Positions 29,176 to 40,771 of a DNA stretch of 64,000 nucleotides are shown here, one piece after another. Source of the stretch: an uncultured Methanolobus sp. (GTDB lineage Archaea > Halobacteriota > Methanosarcinia > Methanosarcinales > Methanosarcinaceae); the NCBI GenBank assembly GCA_963675495.1, contig OY776215.1:1312001-1376000 (forward strand), given 5' to 3'. The notes beneath the pieces were generated by a model. That model saw nothing but the letters and a program-made list of their open reading frames with translations. It searched no databases and was not told the origin of the DNA. Every line of letters starts with the position of its first letter. Position 1 is the first letter of the stretch. Made by a program: the position numbers and the translations under genes.

Positions 29176-30596
29176 TGGTTTACGAGAACCCTGACGGAGT
29201 AAGAATTGGTCTTGAGGTCCACGTCCAGCTGAACAAGCTCAACACAAAGCTGTTCTGTGGCTGTTCCACAAAATACCACGACTCCGAACCTAACACCCAC
29301 GTATGTCCTGTATGCCTTGGACTTCCAGGTTCATTGCCGGTCATCAACGAGAAAGCAGTCGAGTACGCCATGAAGATAGGTCTTGCACTGAACTGCAGTA
29401 TCGTTGAGCAGACCCAATTCCACAGGAAGAACTACTACTACCCGGACCTTCCAAAAGGCTTCCAGACCACCCAGTATGATTTCCCGATAGCAGGCGAAGG
29501 AAAGATAGTGATTGAGGGAGAGGATGGAGAACGTGTCATCGGAATAACACGTGCTCACATGGAAGAAGACCCTGGAAGACTCCAGCACATGGGAAGCATC
29601 GACAAGTCCAAAGGCACACTCATTAACTACAACCGTTCAGGAATGACACTTATCGAGATTGTCAGCGAACCTGATATGAGAAGCCCAAAGGAAGCAAGAC
29701 GCTATCTGGACAAACTCAGGAGCATACTTGATTACCTTGACGTTTTCGACGGCGACCTTGAGGGAGCAATGAGAGTTGATGCCAATGTTTCGGTGTTCAT
29801 GGGCGAGCGTGTTGAGGTCAAGAATATCTCGTCCTTCAAAGGCGCAGAGAGGGCACTGCTCTACGAGATAATGAGGCAGAAGAACCATATCAGACGTGGT
29901 GGCGAGATCACACTGGAAACCAGACACTTCGATGAAGCCAGAGGTGTGACACTTTCCATGCGTACCAAGGAAACAGAGAATGATTACCGTTACTTCCCTG
30001 AGCCTGACCTTGTACCACTCAGAGTTGCAGATAGAGTGCCGGAAGTGCTCGAAACATTGCCGGAACTTCCTGATGCAAAGAGAGAGCGTTTCGTAAAGGA
30101 ATACGGCATTATCGATATGCATGCAAGGGCGCTCACAACCGAAATAAAGGTGGCAGACTTCTACGAAGCTGTGGCAGCAAAGGTAGACCCAAAAGCAGCA
30201 GCAGTATGGGTTGCAGATGTCCTGAAGGGCGAGCTCAACTACCGTGATCTTAGCATCGATGCATTCTCAGTGGAAGATATTGTTGCCATCATTGAACTGG
30301 TTACCAGTGACAAGATCACCGAGCAGAGTGGTGTAGAGATTATCCGTACTGTAAGGGATAACGGAGGCAAACCACAGGACATTGTAAAAGAGAAAGGACT
30401 TCTCAAGGTGGCAGACGATATTGTTGCAACAGCCGTTGGAGAAGCAATTGCCGAGAACCCTGAAGCTGTAACAGATTTCCATGCAGGCAAGGAGAAGTCA
30501 ATGAACTTCCTTGTTGGTAAGGTAATGCAAAAGACAAAAGGTCGTGCTGACGCCCGTGAAGCAAGAGAGAAACTCATTGCGAAATTAAATGAGTAA
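29175..30596 (+). CDS. gatB: Asp/Glu-tRNA amidotransferase subunit B
   Basis: IGLEVHVQL, RKNYYYPDLPKGFQ, HMEEDPG, DYRYFPEPDL. Confidence 0.96.
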   Translation: MVYENPDGVRIGLEVHVQLNKLNTKLFCGCSTKYHDSEPNTHVCPVCLGLPGSLPVINEKAVEYAMKIGLALNCSIVEQTQFHRKNYYYPDLPKGFQTTQYDFPIAGEGKIVIEGEDGERVIGITRAHMEEDPGRLQHMGSIDKSKGTLINYNRSGMTLIEIVSEPDMRSPKEARRYLDKLRSILDYLDVFDGDLEGAMRVDANVSVFMGERVEVKNISSFKGAERALLYEIMRQKNHIRRGGEITLETRHFDEARGVTLSMRTKETENDYRYFPEPDLVPLRVADRVPEVLETLPELPDAKRERFVKEYGIIDMHARALTTEIKVADFYEAVAAKVDPKAAAVWVADVLKGELNYRDLSIDAFSVEDIVAIIELVTSDKITEQSGVEIIRTVRDNGGKPQDIVKEKGLLKVADDIVATAVGEAIAENPEAVTDFHAGKEKSMNFLVGKVMQKTKGRADAREAREKLIAKLNE

Positions 30597-30608
30597 TCCT
30601 TTAAGGTA

Positions 30609-30645
30609 GGAAGGGGCATTTAGCCCCATTCCCTAAATTTTCATA
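30609..30645 (+). terminator. hairpin plus T-tract after gatB
   Basis: GGAAGGGGC-attta-GCCCCATTCC followed by TTTT. Confidence 0.5.
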
Positions 30646-30756
30646 ATTTAGTCTGTTATTTTCCTGAAACTGTTTTAAGTTAACTTTGTTTTCGTTTCAG
30701 AGATGCTGTGATTATCTTAGCGAGCTTAAGTTTAAACTTGCCCGGTAAAAACATAA

Positions 30757-31098
30757 TTACAGGTGATGTTCATCCACATTCGCAAGGAACGCTTCTCCAC
30801 GTGGAGTGACAATGTAGGTGTTCTCGCCATCTTTTTCAATGTAGAGAGTATCCACGAGCATGTCAAGATTCAGCTTTGCCTGTACATTATTAAGGTCGAA
30901 CTTGGCCTTGACCTCATCAAAGGTCATTTTTCCTTCACCCATGGCTTCAAGCATGTGTCTGCGGACAGGGTTCTGCATGGCCTTCAGACCAGCCCTGTGA
31001 TCCTCTGTGGGATTCTCCTTTAGCTTGCCCTCTTTCTTTGCTTTCTCATACCATTCCTGTCTTCTTTGCTCCAGATCATCATTTGTCATATCAATCAT
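30757..31098 (-). CDS. ArsR-like winged-helix protein
   Basis: KAMQNPVRRHML...LDML...YI......Y.VTPRG. Confidence 0.75.
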   Translation of the reverse strand: MIDMTNDDLEQRRQEWYEKAKKEGKLKENPTEDHRAGLKAMQNPVRRHMLEAMGEGKMTFDEVKAKFDLNNVQAKLNLDMLVDTLYIEKDGENTYIVTPRGEAFLANVDEHHL

Positions 31099-31305
31099 TC
31101 ATTATTAATGATTATACTTATTATATAGTTTATCCTGTGGAAAGAAGAATTAGCATGAATATTTATACCATAGAAGACAGTGACAGGATAACTCAATAGG
31201 ATACGAAATAGAGCATGGATTTGCCAAAACAATTATATGTTTTGAGCATCATGTAAGCAGCCTATTATTCTAATAATACATATTACAATCATTTAGGTGA
31301 AAATA

Positions 31306-31452
31306 ATGGCAAGATTCCCAGAAGCTGAACATAGGATATTGATAAAGAAGATCTGTATGGATTGCAATGCCCGCAATGCAGTACGTGCAACAAGATGCAG
31401 GAAATGCGGAAGCAAAGACCTGCGTATGAAATCCAAGGAAACGAGAGGCTGA
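31306..31452 (+). CDS. rpl40e: 50S ribosomal protein L40e
   Basis: Not in the ORF track. Reads [56 protein letters not shown]. Confidence 0.95.
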   Translation: MARFPEAEHRILIKKICMDCNARNAVRATRCRKCGSKDLRMKSKETRG

Positions 31453-31460
31453 TCTTTCTC

Positions 31461-32204
31461 ATGCAAGTGGAAGAGTACCTCAACAAGATCGCAGAAAGCG
31501 AAGGTACAGTTCACTTGACACTTATCGATCCGGCATCACAGACTCCAGAAGAGGCTGCAGAGATCGCATATGCTGCAACCCTCGGAGGAACAGATGCTAT
31601 TATGATCGGTGGTTCCACAGGAGCCGGAGGAGTGGTACTGGATCAGACACTCCTTAAGATAAAAGAGAAAACAGACAAACCTACCATCCTGTTCCCAGGC
31701 AACGCGGCAGGTGTCAGCATGTATGCTGATGCTATCTTTTTCATGAGCCTGCTGAATTCCCGTGACATTAATTTTGTCACGACAAACCAGGCAATGGGAG
31801 CACCGCTTGTTTACAAGAGTGGGATTGAGCCCATCTCCATGGCTTACTTGATAGTAGAGCCAGGGGGAACGGTTGGTTGGGTCGGCGATGCCAGACTAAT
31901 ACCAAAACATAAGCCAGAACTTGCAGTTGCTTATGCACTTGCAGGAAAATACCTTGGCATGCACTACACTTATCTGGAAGCAGGCTCTGGTGCTGATGCG
32001 CCCGTGACCCCGGAAATGATAGGGGCAGTAAAACATACCCTCGGTGACAATAAATTGATAGTTGGTGGCGGAATACGAGACGGTGAGACTGCAAAGTTAT
32101 GCGCGCTTGCAGGAGCTGACATGATAGTAACAGGGACTATCCTTGAAGAGAGTTCAAATGTTACTGCAAAGATAAAAGAACTTGTTTCAGCTATTAAGAA
32201 GTAA
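31461..32204 (+). CDS. geranylgeranylglyceryl phosphate synthase
   Basis: HLTLIDP, DAIMIGGS, FMSLLNS, YLEAGSGA, VGGGIR, GAD.IVTG. ATG 31461. Confidence 0.93.
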   Translation: MQVEEYLNKIAESEGTVHLTLIDPASQTPEEAAEIAYAATLGGTDAIMIGGSTGAGGVVLDQTLLKIKEKTDKPTILFPGNAAGVSMYADAIFFMSLLNSRDINFVTTNQAMGAPLVYKSGIEPISMAYLIVEPGGTVGWVGDARLIPKHKPELAVAYALAGKYLGMHYTYLEAGSGADAPVTPEMIGAVKHTLGDNKLIVGGGIRDGETAKLCALAGADMIVTGTILEESSNVTAKIKELVSAIKK

Positions 32205-32267
32205 CTAAAGGGCTTTACTTTTTCTTTATATATTCTTCAGACCTGAACTATCCAAGGAGTTTTAACG

Positions 32268-33989
32268 ATGCTTGAAGTATGCAATATCTCAAAAGATTAT
32301 GAATTCAATAACGAAAAGAAAAGAATTCTGGATAACATCTGTTTCAATGTTGCAGACGGAGAGATTCTTGGAATTACCGGAAAGAGCGGTAGCGGTAAAA
32401 CCACCATTTTAAAGATACTAAGGGGAATAGAAGATTTTGATTCCGGTCATTTTGAACTCGATGAACAAAGGATCGAGCCAAATGCAGATAAACAAAAACT
32501 TAAATTCCTTACAAATAACAGCGCAATACACCTTCAACGTAATTTCGGACTCTGGAGCGGACCCGCAATTGAAAATATCATCCGCAGACTGAATGCTCTT
32601 ACAGGAGGACACGAAGGCGTACCTGAGCCTGATGCGCACAACTATGATGAACTGCAAGAAGAAGCCATGTATTACATGCGCCTTGTAGGACTTGAAAATA
32701 AGGCACAGCATTCTACCAATTTATTAAGCGGCGGGGAGAAGCAAAGGCTCATACTTGCACGCCAGCTTGCAGCAAAACCACGCATACTACTTCTGGATGA
32801 ACCTGTGACCATGACAGGTCCCGATACAAAACAAGACATGCTTGACCTCATAAAGGACATCAAGACAGAACTCAACATTCCTATTATTGTTGTTTCACAC
32901 CTTCCTGAAGTCCACCTCTACCTTGCAGACAGGGTTGCGTACCTGGAAGAAGGAAAGATAGTAGATGTCGGAGAACCTGAAAATGTGCTGAAGCATTTCC
33001 TCAAAGATATCGAAGAACAAGTTCCACTCCCGGAAAGAAAGGATGAAGGTCCAATAATAAAGGTTACAGGACTCTCAAACCGTTATTTTATTTTAAGGGT
33101 GGGAGAAGTGCTAAAGTTTGAAGACCTCTCACTTGATATTAACAAAGGAGATATTACTGCATTCATCGGACCTTCCGGCGCAGGAAAAACAACGCTCCTG
33201 AAAATGATAGAAGGGCTCAGGATCCCAAAAGAAGGAAATATCAGTTATCTGCATGATGGAAACTGGATGAATATCATAGATTTCACAACGCAGCGCATTG
33301 ACCTGCGAAGGAAGATGAGCATCATGCACCAGGAGTTCACACTCTCACCACACTCCACCATCAGGGACCAGATGGCATTCAAACTGCGTCTTAAAGGTGA
33401 AAGATCACTATTATATGCCAGGGAGAGAGCCGCAGAGCTAGGCATATCAGATGAAGCACTTGACACACTTTACAGGCTCACTGAAGTCAATGAAGATGAG
33501 AAAGACAAGGCCCTTAGGGAAATGAACATGACCATCGACATATACTCCAAGCTTTTCCCCCTGGTAACAAAAGAAGATGTTGACAAACATGCAGTAGACG
33601 TATTTGAAGCTCTTAATCTTCCACTTTCAGTACTCGACAAAACCCCCTACCAGATAAGTGGCGGAGAACATGTAAGAGCATATATCGCACTGGCACTTGT
33701 ATCTCACCCGGAAATATTAATGTTAGATGAGCCTTTCGGCGACCTTGACCCGATCACCCTCAGAGATGTTACTAACTCTCTGAAGAGAATAAATCAGAAA
33801 TTTGGCACAAGCATTGTATTTGTAAGCCATCACATGGACTTTGTGAGGGAAGCTGCACACAGGGCGATCCTCATTGATAATGCAAAGATAATCATGGACG
33901 GGAAGCCGGATGATGTATGCAGCAAGCTCATAGAGATGAGTCATGCGAAGTACCTTGAACATGATATCGACGAATTGTTGGAGAACTAA
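32268..33989 (+). CDS. double-ABC ATPase, AtwA (MCR component A2) paralog
   Basis: Two ABC cassettes (GKSGSGKT, GPSGAGKT), HLQRNFGL, LARQLA, DEPFGDLDPIT. No CxxC zinc insertion visible. Confidence 0.8.
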   Translation: MLEVCNISKDYEFNNEKKRILDNICFNVADGEILGITGKSGSGKTTILKILRGIEDFDSGHFELDEQRIEPNADKQKLKFLTNNSAIHLQRNFGLWSGPAIENIIRRLNALTGGHEGVPEPDAHNYDELQEEAMYYMRLVGLENKAQHSTNLLSGGEKQRLILARQLAAKPRILLLDEPVTMTGPDTKQDMLDLIKDIKTELNIPIIVVSHLPEVHLYLADRVAYLEEGKIVDVGEPENVLKHFLKDIEEQVPLPERKDEGPIIKVTGLSNRYFILRVGEVLKFEDLSLDINKGDITAFIGPSGAGKTTLLKMIEGLRIPKEGNISYLHDGNWMNIIDFTTQRIDLRRKMSIMHQEFTLSPHSTIRDQMAFKLRLKGERSLLYARERAAELGISDEALDTLYRLTEVNEDEKDKALREMNMTIDIYSKLFPLVTKEDVDKHAVDVFEALNLPLSVLDKTPYQISGGEHVRAYIALALVSHPEILMLDEPFGDLDPITLRDVTNSLKRINQKFGTSIVFVSHHMDFVREAAHRAILIDNAKIIMDGKPDDVCSKLIEMSHAKYLEHDIDELLEN

Positions 33990-34140
33990 AGGTTTTATTT
34001 TATTTTTCTTTTTTTGTATTTTATTTTTTACTTAAATGGATTTGAAATATTGCATTCATGTTAAACCCTGTATCAATACTGATACATTCAGAATAAGACT
34101 TTTATTGTAACACACGATAATTAATTAGTGGAGGTTTAAA

Positions 34141-34488
34141 ATGAAAGACTTTTCAGATATCACAGAAATCATGAAAAAGGCTGGCCTTTTTGGAATCGGT
34201 TTGTGGGCATTGACAGAGGAGAAGATACAGGACATTGCCGACGACCTTATCGAAAACGGGGAGATCAAAAAAGAAGAGGGTAAGAAATTCGTCCGCGAAG
34301 TAGTTGATGAACAAAAGAAGCAGAAAGAAGACCTCGAGAAAAAGATCTCAACCAAGGTTCAGGAAACCATCAACAAGGCAGACGTTGCAACAAAAGATGA
34401 AGTAAGGGAACTCAAAGATATCATTCAAAAACTTGATGAGAAACTTGACAAGCTCACTGCTTCAGATGACGAAGAGAAGGATGTTTAA
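34141..34488 (+). CDS. phasin-like coiled-coil protein
   Basis: GIGLWALTEEKI...LI..GEI..EEGKK, VATKDEV..L. Commonly paired with a UbiB-type kinase. Confidence 0.75.
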   Translation: MKDFSDITEIMKKAGLFGIGLWALTEEKIQDIADDLIENGEIKKEEGKKFVREVVDEQKKQKEDLEKKISTKVQETINKADVATKDEVRELKDIIQKLDEKLDKLTASDDEEKDV

Positions 34489-34533
34489 CAATATACAGGA
34501 GGAGTAGCCTTTAGCAAGAGCAAAAACCTCTTT

Positions 34534-35109
34534 TTGCTTTTTTCAAAGATAATTTATTCTTTGATCTATGACCAAACTGAGGAGAATCCGGATGCACCAT
34601 TAGATGAATGGAGCATTTTTCCCGATACACCACGCACAGGCGACATGTTGGACATAGAAGGGAAAACAAATCCCGGTGAAACTATAGGAATGACAGTTTC
34701 ATTCACAATATACACCCCTGTAATTGATAGAGGGTATAAATACGTATTCGAAAATATCAGAATACCAGGAGGCAGTAACAGTTTTCAAGTAAGGTCACAA
34801 AAGGTAGAGGACCTTAATTTTATCGTCCATATGTTCGTAGACTTTAAGCGTAGCTTTGATGCTGCGAACGGAATCGCTGAATTCTTTGAAAAGAATGTTC
34901 CAGCCGGGAACTATGAAATTGTTGTAGAAGGAATGGCAATGGATGGTGAAAAAGAAGTAAAGATAGATTTTGTAGCTACCCAGACCGTCAAAGCCGATTC
35001 AGAAGGGAAATTTAATCATAAATATGACACAAGTGCACTGCCTGACGGAGATTTCACTGTGAAGATAGGAGACTGTGAAAAAATAATCACATTAATGCCT
35101 GCTACTTAA
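34534..35109 (+). CDS. hypothetical beta-rich protein (start uncertain)
   Basis: Long ORF with host-like codon usage and an Ig-like beta pattern. Confidence 0.6.
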   Translation: MLFSKIIYSLIYDQTEENPDAPLDEWSIFPDTPRTGDMLDIEGKTNPGETIGMTVSFTIYTPVIDRGYKYVFENIRIPGGSNSFQVRSQKVEDLNFIVHMFVDFKRSFDAANGIAEFFEKNVPAGNYEIVVEGMAMDGEKEVKIDFVATQTVKADSEGKFNHKYDTSALPDGDFTVKIGDCEKIITLMPAT

Positions 35110-35134
35110 AGTCAAAAAATAAAATGTAAGGGGA

Positions 35135-35404
35135 TTACAATCCCTTTGCAATCATAAGTTTTATGAAATCAGTAGATTCCATTACGGGTACACTGTCTAT
35201 CATACAGATGTCGGACCATGGAATATTGAATTCAGCATATGCCTCTGAACTTTCAGCCTCATAGAGAATGAAGTACCTTCCTCCATTAAGATCGACCCAC
35301 TGGTTGATAATGTTAATACCTGCCGGGGGTTTTAATTTCTTGAAATGTTCAATTACCTGTTCACTATCATGGGGATCCCATGAGCTTATATCAAAAAATA
35401 ACAT
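35135..35404 (-). CDS. DUF3303-like small protein
   Basis: PPAGI.II.QWVDL.GGR.F..YEAES......PWSD......PVM. Confidence 0.7.
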   Translation of the reverse strand: MLFFDISSWDPHDSEQVIEHFKKLKPPAGINIINQWVDLNGGRYFILYEAESSEAYAEFNIPWSDICMIDSVPVMESTDFIKLMIAKGL

Positions 35405-35595
35405 TCTTTCTCACTCCTTACTATCTCTTTTCAGACAAATTGCCAGATACTTTCTGACTACTATCAATTTAGAAGAATAAATTATATAACAGTTTCTCTA
35501 AAATTTAAAAGATAAGTATCGGCGATAATTTAATAATAAGGCCAGTCATAAACAATAATACATCCAAACAAAAAAATCAAAGTCAAAGGAAGATA

Positions 35596-37275
35596 ATGAG
35601 AAACCGGAAGATCCACAGATATTCAATGATCAAAAGATATGGTAAGATCGTTGATGCCCTCGTGAAATACGAGTTTGGATTCATTGCTGACAGAATGGGA
35701 ATAGGCAACATTAGACCTTTAAGATCAAGGATCAAAAAGCAGGAAAAGGTACTAAAAAACACCGATTCCAGACCCAAAAATGCCAGAATGATGCTTGAAG
35801 AACTAGGACCCACCTACATAAAGCTTGGTCAGATACTTAGCATGCGTCAGGACTTGATACCTCCTGACTACGCAAGGGAGTTTTCCAAACTTCAGGATGA
35901 CATACAGCCCTTTGGGATTGAAGAAGTTGAAAAAATTATCAAGGAAGAACTGGGCTCTGACATCAAGGATCTTTATGAGTCTTTTGAAGAAATACCCATA
36001 GCAGCAGCTTCAATTGGCCAGGTTCATCGTGCAAAATTAAAGAGTGGGGATGATGTAGTTGTTAAGGTTCAAAGACCCGGAATAAGGAAGATCATAGACG
36101 CAGACCTTGACATAATTTACAGTATTGCAGCTTTTACAGAAGAACACCTGCCAGAAGCAAAGTTATATCGGCCGGTGGAAATTGTTGAAGAGTTTGAACG
36201 TTCGATCAAAGCAGAACTGGATTATACCCAGGAAGGCAGGAATGCCGAACACTTTGCTCACAACTTCCAGGAAGATCCACGCATATACATCCCTAAGGTC
36301 TATTGGGATTGTACCAGTATGAAAATTCTGACCCTGGAGTACATCGACGGGGTCAAAAGTAGCTCCTTTGAAGAGCTTGCCAAAATGGAAGTGGACAGGA
36401 AAGAGATAGCAATAGACGTACTGAAAGCATTCATGAAACAGGTTTATGATGACGGGTTCTTCCATGCAGACCTTCACCCCGGAAACGTTTTCATAATGAG
36501 AGATGGCAGGATAGCACTCCTGGACTTTGGAATGGCAGGATTCCTTTCCCATGATATGCGCAATCTACTCATCGATGAACTTATTGCAATCACCAGAGGT
36601 GACACAGCATTATATATTGAACTTTTAAGGGATCTTGGGTCGATAGGAGATAAAGTGGATATAGCATCGCTTAAGATAGACATTGATAACCTGTTGTACA
36701 AATACTATGGAAGGTCCCTGAGCCAGCTCAATACTGCACTGATACTGGAAGAAATGATCAATGTCCTGAGAAAATACCAGGTCAGAGTTCCTGCAAATGT
36801 TGCACTACTATCAAAAGGTGCTATGACCATAGAAGGGTTCAGTAGCATAATGGACCCCGAGATTAACCTGACAATTGTAGCAGAGCCTTTTGCAAAGAAG
36901 GCAATAAAGGATCGTATTCGTCTTACCAACATTGCAGGTACCGCTTATAGAGATATTAGCAACTGGTCCCGTGTTCTTCATCGGGCTCCTATGAAGATAT
37001 CCCACATACTCGATATCGCTGAAAGAGGTTACCTCAAACTACGCTTTGAACCTCAGGGTTTTGACAGGGTAGTTGCTGAGATAGACGCTGCAAGTAATCG
37101 TCTTTCCTTTAGCCTTATAATTTCAGCCATAATCGTAGGTTCTTCCTTGATAATACAAACAGGAATGGAGCCACATATATGGGGAGTTCCACTGCTAGGG
37201 GTCATCGGTTTCTTGATGGCAGGATTTTTGGGAATGTGGCTCGTAATATATATTCTTCGAACCGGAAGGATATAA
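35596..37275 (+). CDS. ABC1/AarF/UbiB-family atypical kinase
   Basis: LGPTYIKLGQ, AAASIGQVH, VKVQRP, HADLHPGN, LLDFG. Confidence 0.92.
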   Translation: MRNRKIHRYSMIKRYGKIVDALVKYEFGFIADRMGIGNIRPLRSRIKKQEKVLKNTDSRPKNARMMLEELGPTYIKLGQILSMRQDLIPPDYAREFSKLQDDIQPFGIEEVEKIIKEELGSDIKDLYESFEEIPIAAASIGQVHRAKLKSGDDVVVKVQRPGIRKIIDADLDIIYSIAAFTEEHLPEAKLYRPVEIVEEFERSIKAELDYTQEGRNAEHFAHNFQEDPRIYIPKVYWDCTSMKILTLEYIDGVKSSSFEELAKMEVDRKEIAIDVLKAFMKQVYDDGFFHADLHPGNVFIMRDGRIALLDFGMAGFLSHDMRNLLIDELIAITRGDTALYIELLRDLGSIGDKVDIASLKIDIDNLLYKYYGRSLSQLNTALILEEMINVLRKYQVRVPANVALLSKGAMTIEGFSSIMDPEINLTIVAEPFAKKAIKDRIRLTNIAGTAYRDISNWSRVLHRAPMKISHILDIAERGYLKLRFEPQGFDRVVAEIDAASNRLSFSLIISAIIVGSSLIIQTGMEPHIWGVPLLGVIGFLMAGFLGMWLVIYILRTGRI

Positions 37276-37365
37276 ATTGAGCAGTACATATTAAATAGAC
37301 ATAGAATATAACTAATACTTCGACTTCGTTGACAATAGGCACCAACGACCATTTTCGGTGAAAAA

Positions 37366-38340
37366 ATGACAGATCCAAACGTTGAGAGAAAGCTTGTCGA
37401 AATAATGCGCATTATTAATGAAAGTGACAAGCCAGTAGGTGCGCGCCTTATAGCTGACGAGCTTCACAATCGTGGCTATGCTATAGGGGAAAGAGCCGTA
37501 AGATATCATTTACGCATACTGGATGAAAGAGGGTTCACTAAGAAACACGGATACATCGGGCGCACTATAACCGAACGTGGCAAGAAGGAACTCAGTGATG
37601 CACTCATAAGTGACAGGTTTGGTTTTGTTATTACCAAGATCGAAGAGCTGATGTATAAAGCAAACTACAATTTGGAATCTGGCAAAGGAAACGTTATTGT
37701 CAATATAACGAACATTGACAAAGACGATTACGATAATGCCACAGACATTATAAGATATGCAATGGATAATGGTGCAACCATCAGCCCCAGAGTAAGTATA
37801 ATTGAAGAGGACACTGACCTTGATATTTACGTACCTGATGGAAAAGTTGCCGTTGCCACTGTATGCAGTATCACTTTCGATGGTTTACTTTTGAATAACG
37901 GGGTTCCTGTAGTCCCTGTTTATGGCGGCCTTATGCAAATGGAAGACTATAACGCAACTGGTTTTCTGGACCTCATTTCATATAGCGGAACATCCATTGA
38001 TCCCATTAAGATCTTCCTCAGGCGTAAAGCAACTTCCATACTTGAAGCTATTGATACAGGCAATGGAAAGATGCTTGCAAACGTGCGTCAGATACCTACA
38101 TCTGCAGCCCAGAGAGCAGCAGAGATCATGGAAATGGCAAAAAAAGATGATATCAGCGGCCATATTACAATAGGTGACCCAGACGAAGATGTTCTTTATG
38201 CACCTATAGAAAGAGGAAAGGTCGGTATCCCCGTAATGGTAGGAATTAATTCTGTTGCTGCTGTTGAAGAAGCTGGGATCAATGTTGATACACATCCGGT
38301 TTCAACTGTGATGGAATATAGCAAGATGAAGAAACTTTGA
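37366..38340 (+). CDS. nrpR: nitrogen regulator NrpR (wHTH + one NRD/DUF128 domain, NrpRI-type)
   Basis: GARLIADEL..RGY.IGERAVRYHL..LDE.GFT, ATVCSITFDG, SIDP, GIN. Confidence 0.85.
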   Translation: MTDPNVERKLVEIMRIINESDKPVGARLIADELHNRGYAIGERAVRYHLRILDERGFTKKHGYIGRTITERGKKELSDALISDRFGFVITKIEELMYKANYNLESGKGNVIVNITNIDKDDYDNATDIIRYAMDNGATISPRVSIIEEDTDLDIYVPDGKVAVATVCSITFDGLLLNNGVPVVPVYGGLMQMEDYNATGFLDLISYSGTSIDPIKIFLRRKATSILEAIDTGNGKMLANVRQIPTSAAQRAAEIMEMAKKDDISGHITIGDPDEDVLYAPIERGKVGIPVMVGINSVAAVEEAGINVDTHPVSTVMEYSKMKKL

Positions 38341-38884
38341 GGAACTGGTCCAGCTCTGCAGAAGATAATTATTGTTTTCTACTTTTTTTATTATTCGATA
38401 TTGAGAAATTGCCCTTTCCAAATTTATTGAAGAGGATTTTATAAGCATACGCATCCATTGATTCTTCACTTTCCATTGAGAGAGATCTGGAAATTGCTTA
38501 CCTTCGTTATAGCAATATATTGCCTATTTCTATGCCAGAAGTGAAGATCTACTCATGCTTCTCAGGTATTGAATTGTTAAAACATAAATCTTATGAGTAT
38601 ATCAGCTATATACAAGCTAAGAGAACACATACCATTAATTTGTGATTTTGTAAATTTTTTTATAACTTGGCCTATATTAAGCCCTTACCCCAGTACGCCA
38701 CAAAATATGAAGAATGCATGCGAAAAGAAGGAACATTTTTAATATTGCTGGAAATGAAAAATATCCAATGTGGGGGAATTTATGATTTTCTAGCCTAGTT
38801 TAGGCTCTAAATAAGCATAACTTCTGTTATAAATCATGAATTTTAATAAATAAAAAAAGTAAGTGACACAAGTAAATAGCAAAA

Positions 38885-38917
38885 TTTAAATACTATTAAC
38901 TCTACACATAGCATCCG
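38885..38917 (+). promoter_or_regulatory. amtB promoter: TATA box plus conserved TCCG at fixed spacing
   Basis: TTTAAATA (38885-38892)-N21-TCCG (38914-38917), same layout as at the ferredoxin and nifH promoters. Confidence 0.65.
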
Positions 38918-38950
38918 TCTTCCTATTAAAATGAAACAAAGGTGTTACTT

Positions 38951-40366
38951 ATGTATGGAATATCACAGAAACTCAATTCAAAGATGATCTGGCAGGCTTT
39001 ACTGCTAATGAGCGTCATATTTATGTTATTTATAGTTCCGGCATCTGCAGGAACAGTAGAAGAAAACAGTGAATCAATAGCAAATCTTGAAACCGCACTC
39101 ACATTTATGTGGCTGCTCATTGCAGGTGCAATAGTGTTCCTGATGCATGCCGGTTTCTCACTTGTTGAGATCGGTCTGACAAGAACCAAGAACACAGCCA
39201 ACATTCTCATGAAGAACTTCATGACAATCTGTCTTGGTGTAGTTGTATACTGGGCAGTCGGTTGGGGAATCATGTACGGTGCTGATTTTGCAGGACTTAT
39301 TGGTATTGACCAGTTCTTCCTCATTGGTGCTGACAATGCACTATGGAACAGCTGGTGGTTCCAGATGGTCTTCGCAGCAACCGGCGCAACAATTGTTTCC
39401 GGTGCAATGGCTGAGAGGACTGACTTCAAGGCATATCTTGTTTACACAGTACTTATGGTAGCACTCATCTATCCAGTATACGGACACTGGGTATGGAGTG
39501 GTTCAGGAATACTTACAACCGGATTTATCGTTGATGCAATTGGTGTAGCTCACCATGACTTTGCAGGATGTGGTGTAGTACACTCAATTGGTGGATACTC
39601 AGCTCTTGCAGGTGTACTTGTAGTTGGTGCAAGGATAGGCAAGTTCAAGAACGGAAAGGCAATGGCAATTCCAGGTCACAGTCTTCCACTCGCATTCCTC
39701 GGTACCCTTATACTGGCATTCGGTTGGGTAGGATTTAACGGTGGTAGTACCCTTGATGCAATGGACCCATTCGTAAACCTTGTAATCGTTAACACATTCC
39801 TGGCAGCTGCTGCAGGAACGATCATAGTAATGATCATAACTTGGATGAAGACAGGAAAGCCAGACCCATCCCTTACAGCAAACGGAATGCTTGCAGGGCT
39901 TGTGGCAATCACTGCACCTTGTGGCTCAGTTAGTAACCTGGGTGCAATCATAATCGGTCTCATCGGTGGTATTGTAGTATACGCAGGTGTAATGTTCAAT
40001 GAGAACGTACTCAAGGTCGATGACCCTGTAGGTGCAATCGCAGTACATGGATATACAGGTAGCTGGGGACTTATCGCAGTGGGTCTCTTCGCACTGGGAC
40101 CAGGTGAAGGTTCAATACTCGAAGGTGCAGCATACACTGCAGAGACAGCAGGTCTCTTCTACGGTGGTGGAATAGGACTCCTTCTTATCCAGCTAGTTGG
40201 TGTAGTTCTAAGCATAGTATGGGCATTCGGTATCTCATACATAATCTTCAAGATACTCGATGTAATTATCGGACTTCGCGTATCAGAAGAACACGAGATT
40301 GCAGGACTTGATGTAGTAGAACACGGTATCAGCGCATACCCAGAGTTCCTTATTGCAAAGGAGTGA
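38951..40366 (+). CDS. amtB: ammonium transporter
   Basis: FQMVFAAT..TIVSGAMAER, HDFAG..VVH..GG, FGWVGFNGGS, DDPVGAIAVHG. Confidence 0.96.
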   Translation: MYGISQKLNSKMIWQALLLMSVIFMLFIVPASAGTVEENSESIANLETALTFMWLLIAGAIVFLMHAGFSLVEIGLTRTKNTANILMKNFMTICLGVVVYWAVGWGIMYGADFAGLIGIDQFFLIGADNALWNSWWFQMVFAATGATIVSGAMAERTDFKAYLVYTVLMVALIYPVYGHWVWSGSGILTTGFIVDAIGVAHHDFAGCGVVHSIGGYSALAGVLVVGARIGKFKNGKAMAIPGHSLPLAFLGTLILAFGWVGFNGGSTLDAMDPFVNLVIVNTFLAAAAGTIIVMIITWMKTGKPDPSLTANGMLAGLVAITAPCGSVSNLGAIIIGLIGGIVVYAGVMFNENVLKVDDPVGAIAVHGYTGSWGLIAVGLFALGPGEGSILEGAAYTAETAGLFYGGGIGLLLIQLVGVVLSIVWAFGISYIIFKILDVIIGLRVSEEHEIAGLDVVEHGISAYPEFLIAKE

Positions 40367-40371
40367 TTTAA

Positions 40372-40710
<339 letters not shown>

Positions 40711-40771
40711 GTGCTTTCTTCCTCTTTTATTTTTAAAAACATATTTACATAAATTACACGACAATCAAAGT

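Noticed and set aside
31362-31460. Cys-rich N-terminal extension of GGGP synthase
   Set aside because: It is an alternative frame of rpl40e. The synthase starts at ATG 31461.
38445-38645. Open frame or sRNA in the long nrpR-amtB intergenic region
   Set aside because: No convincing start, RBS or recognisable structure. Cannot be supported from sequence alone.
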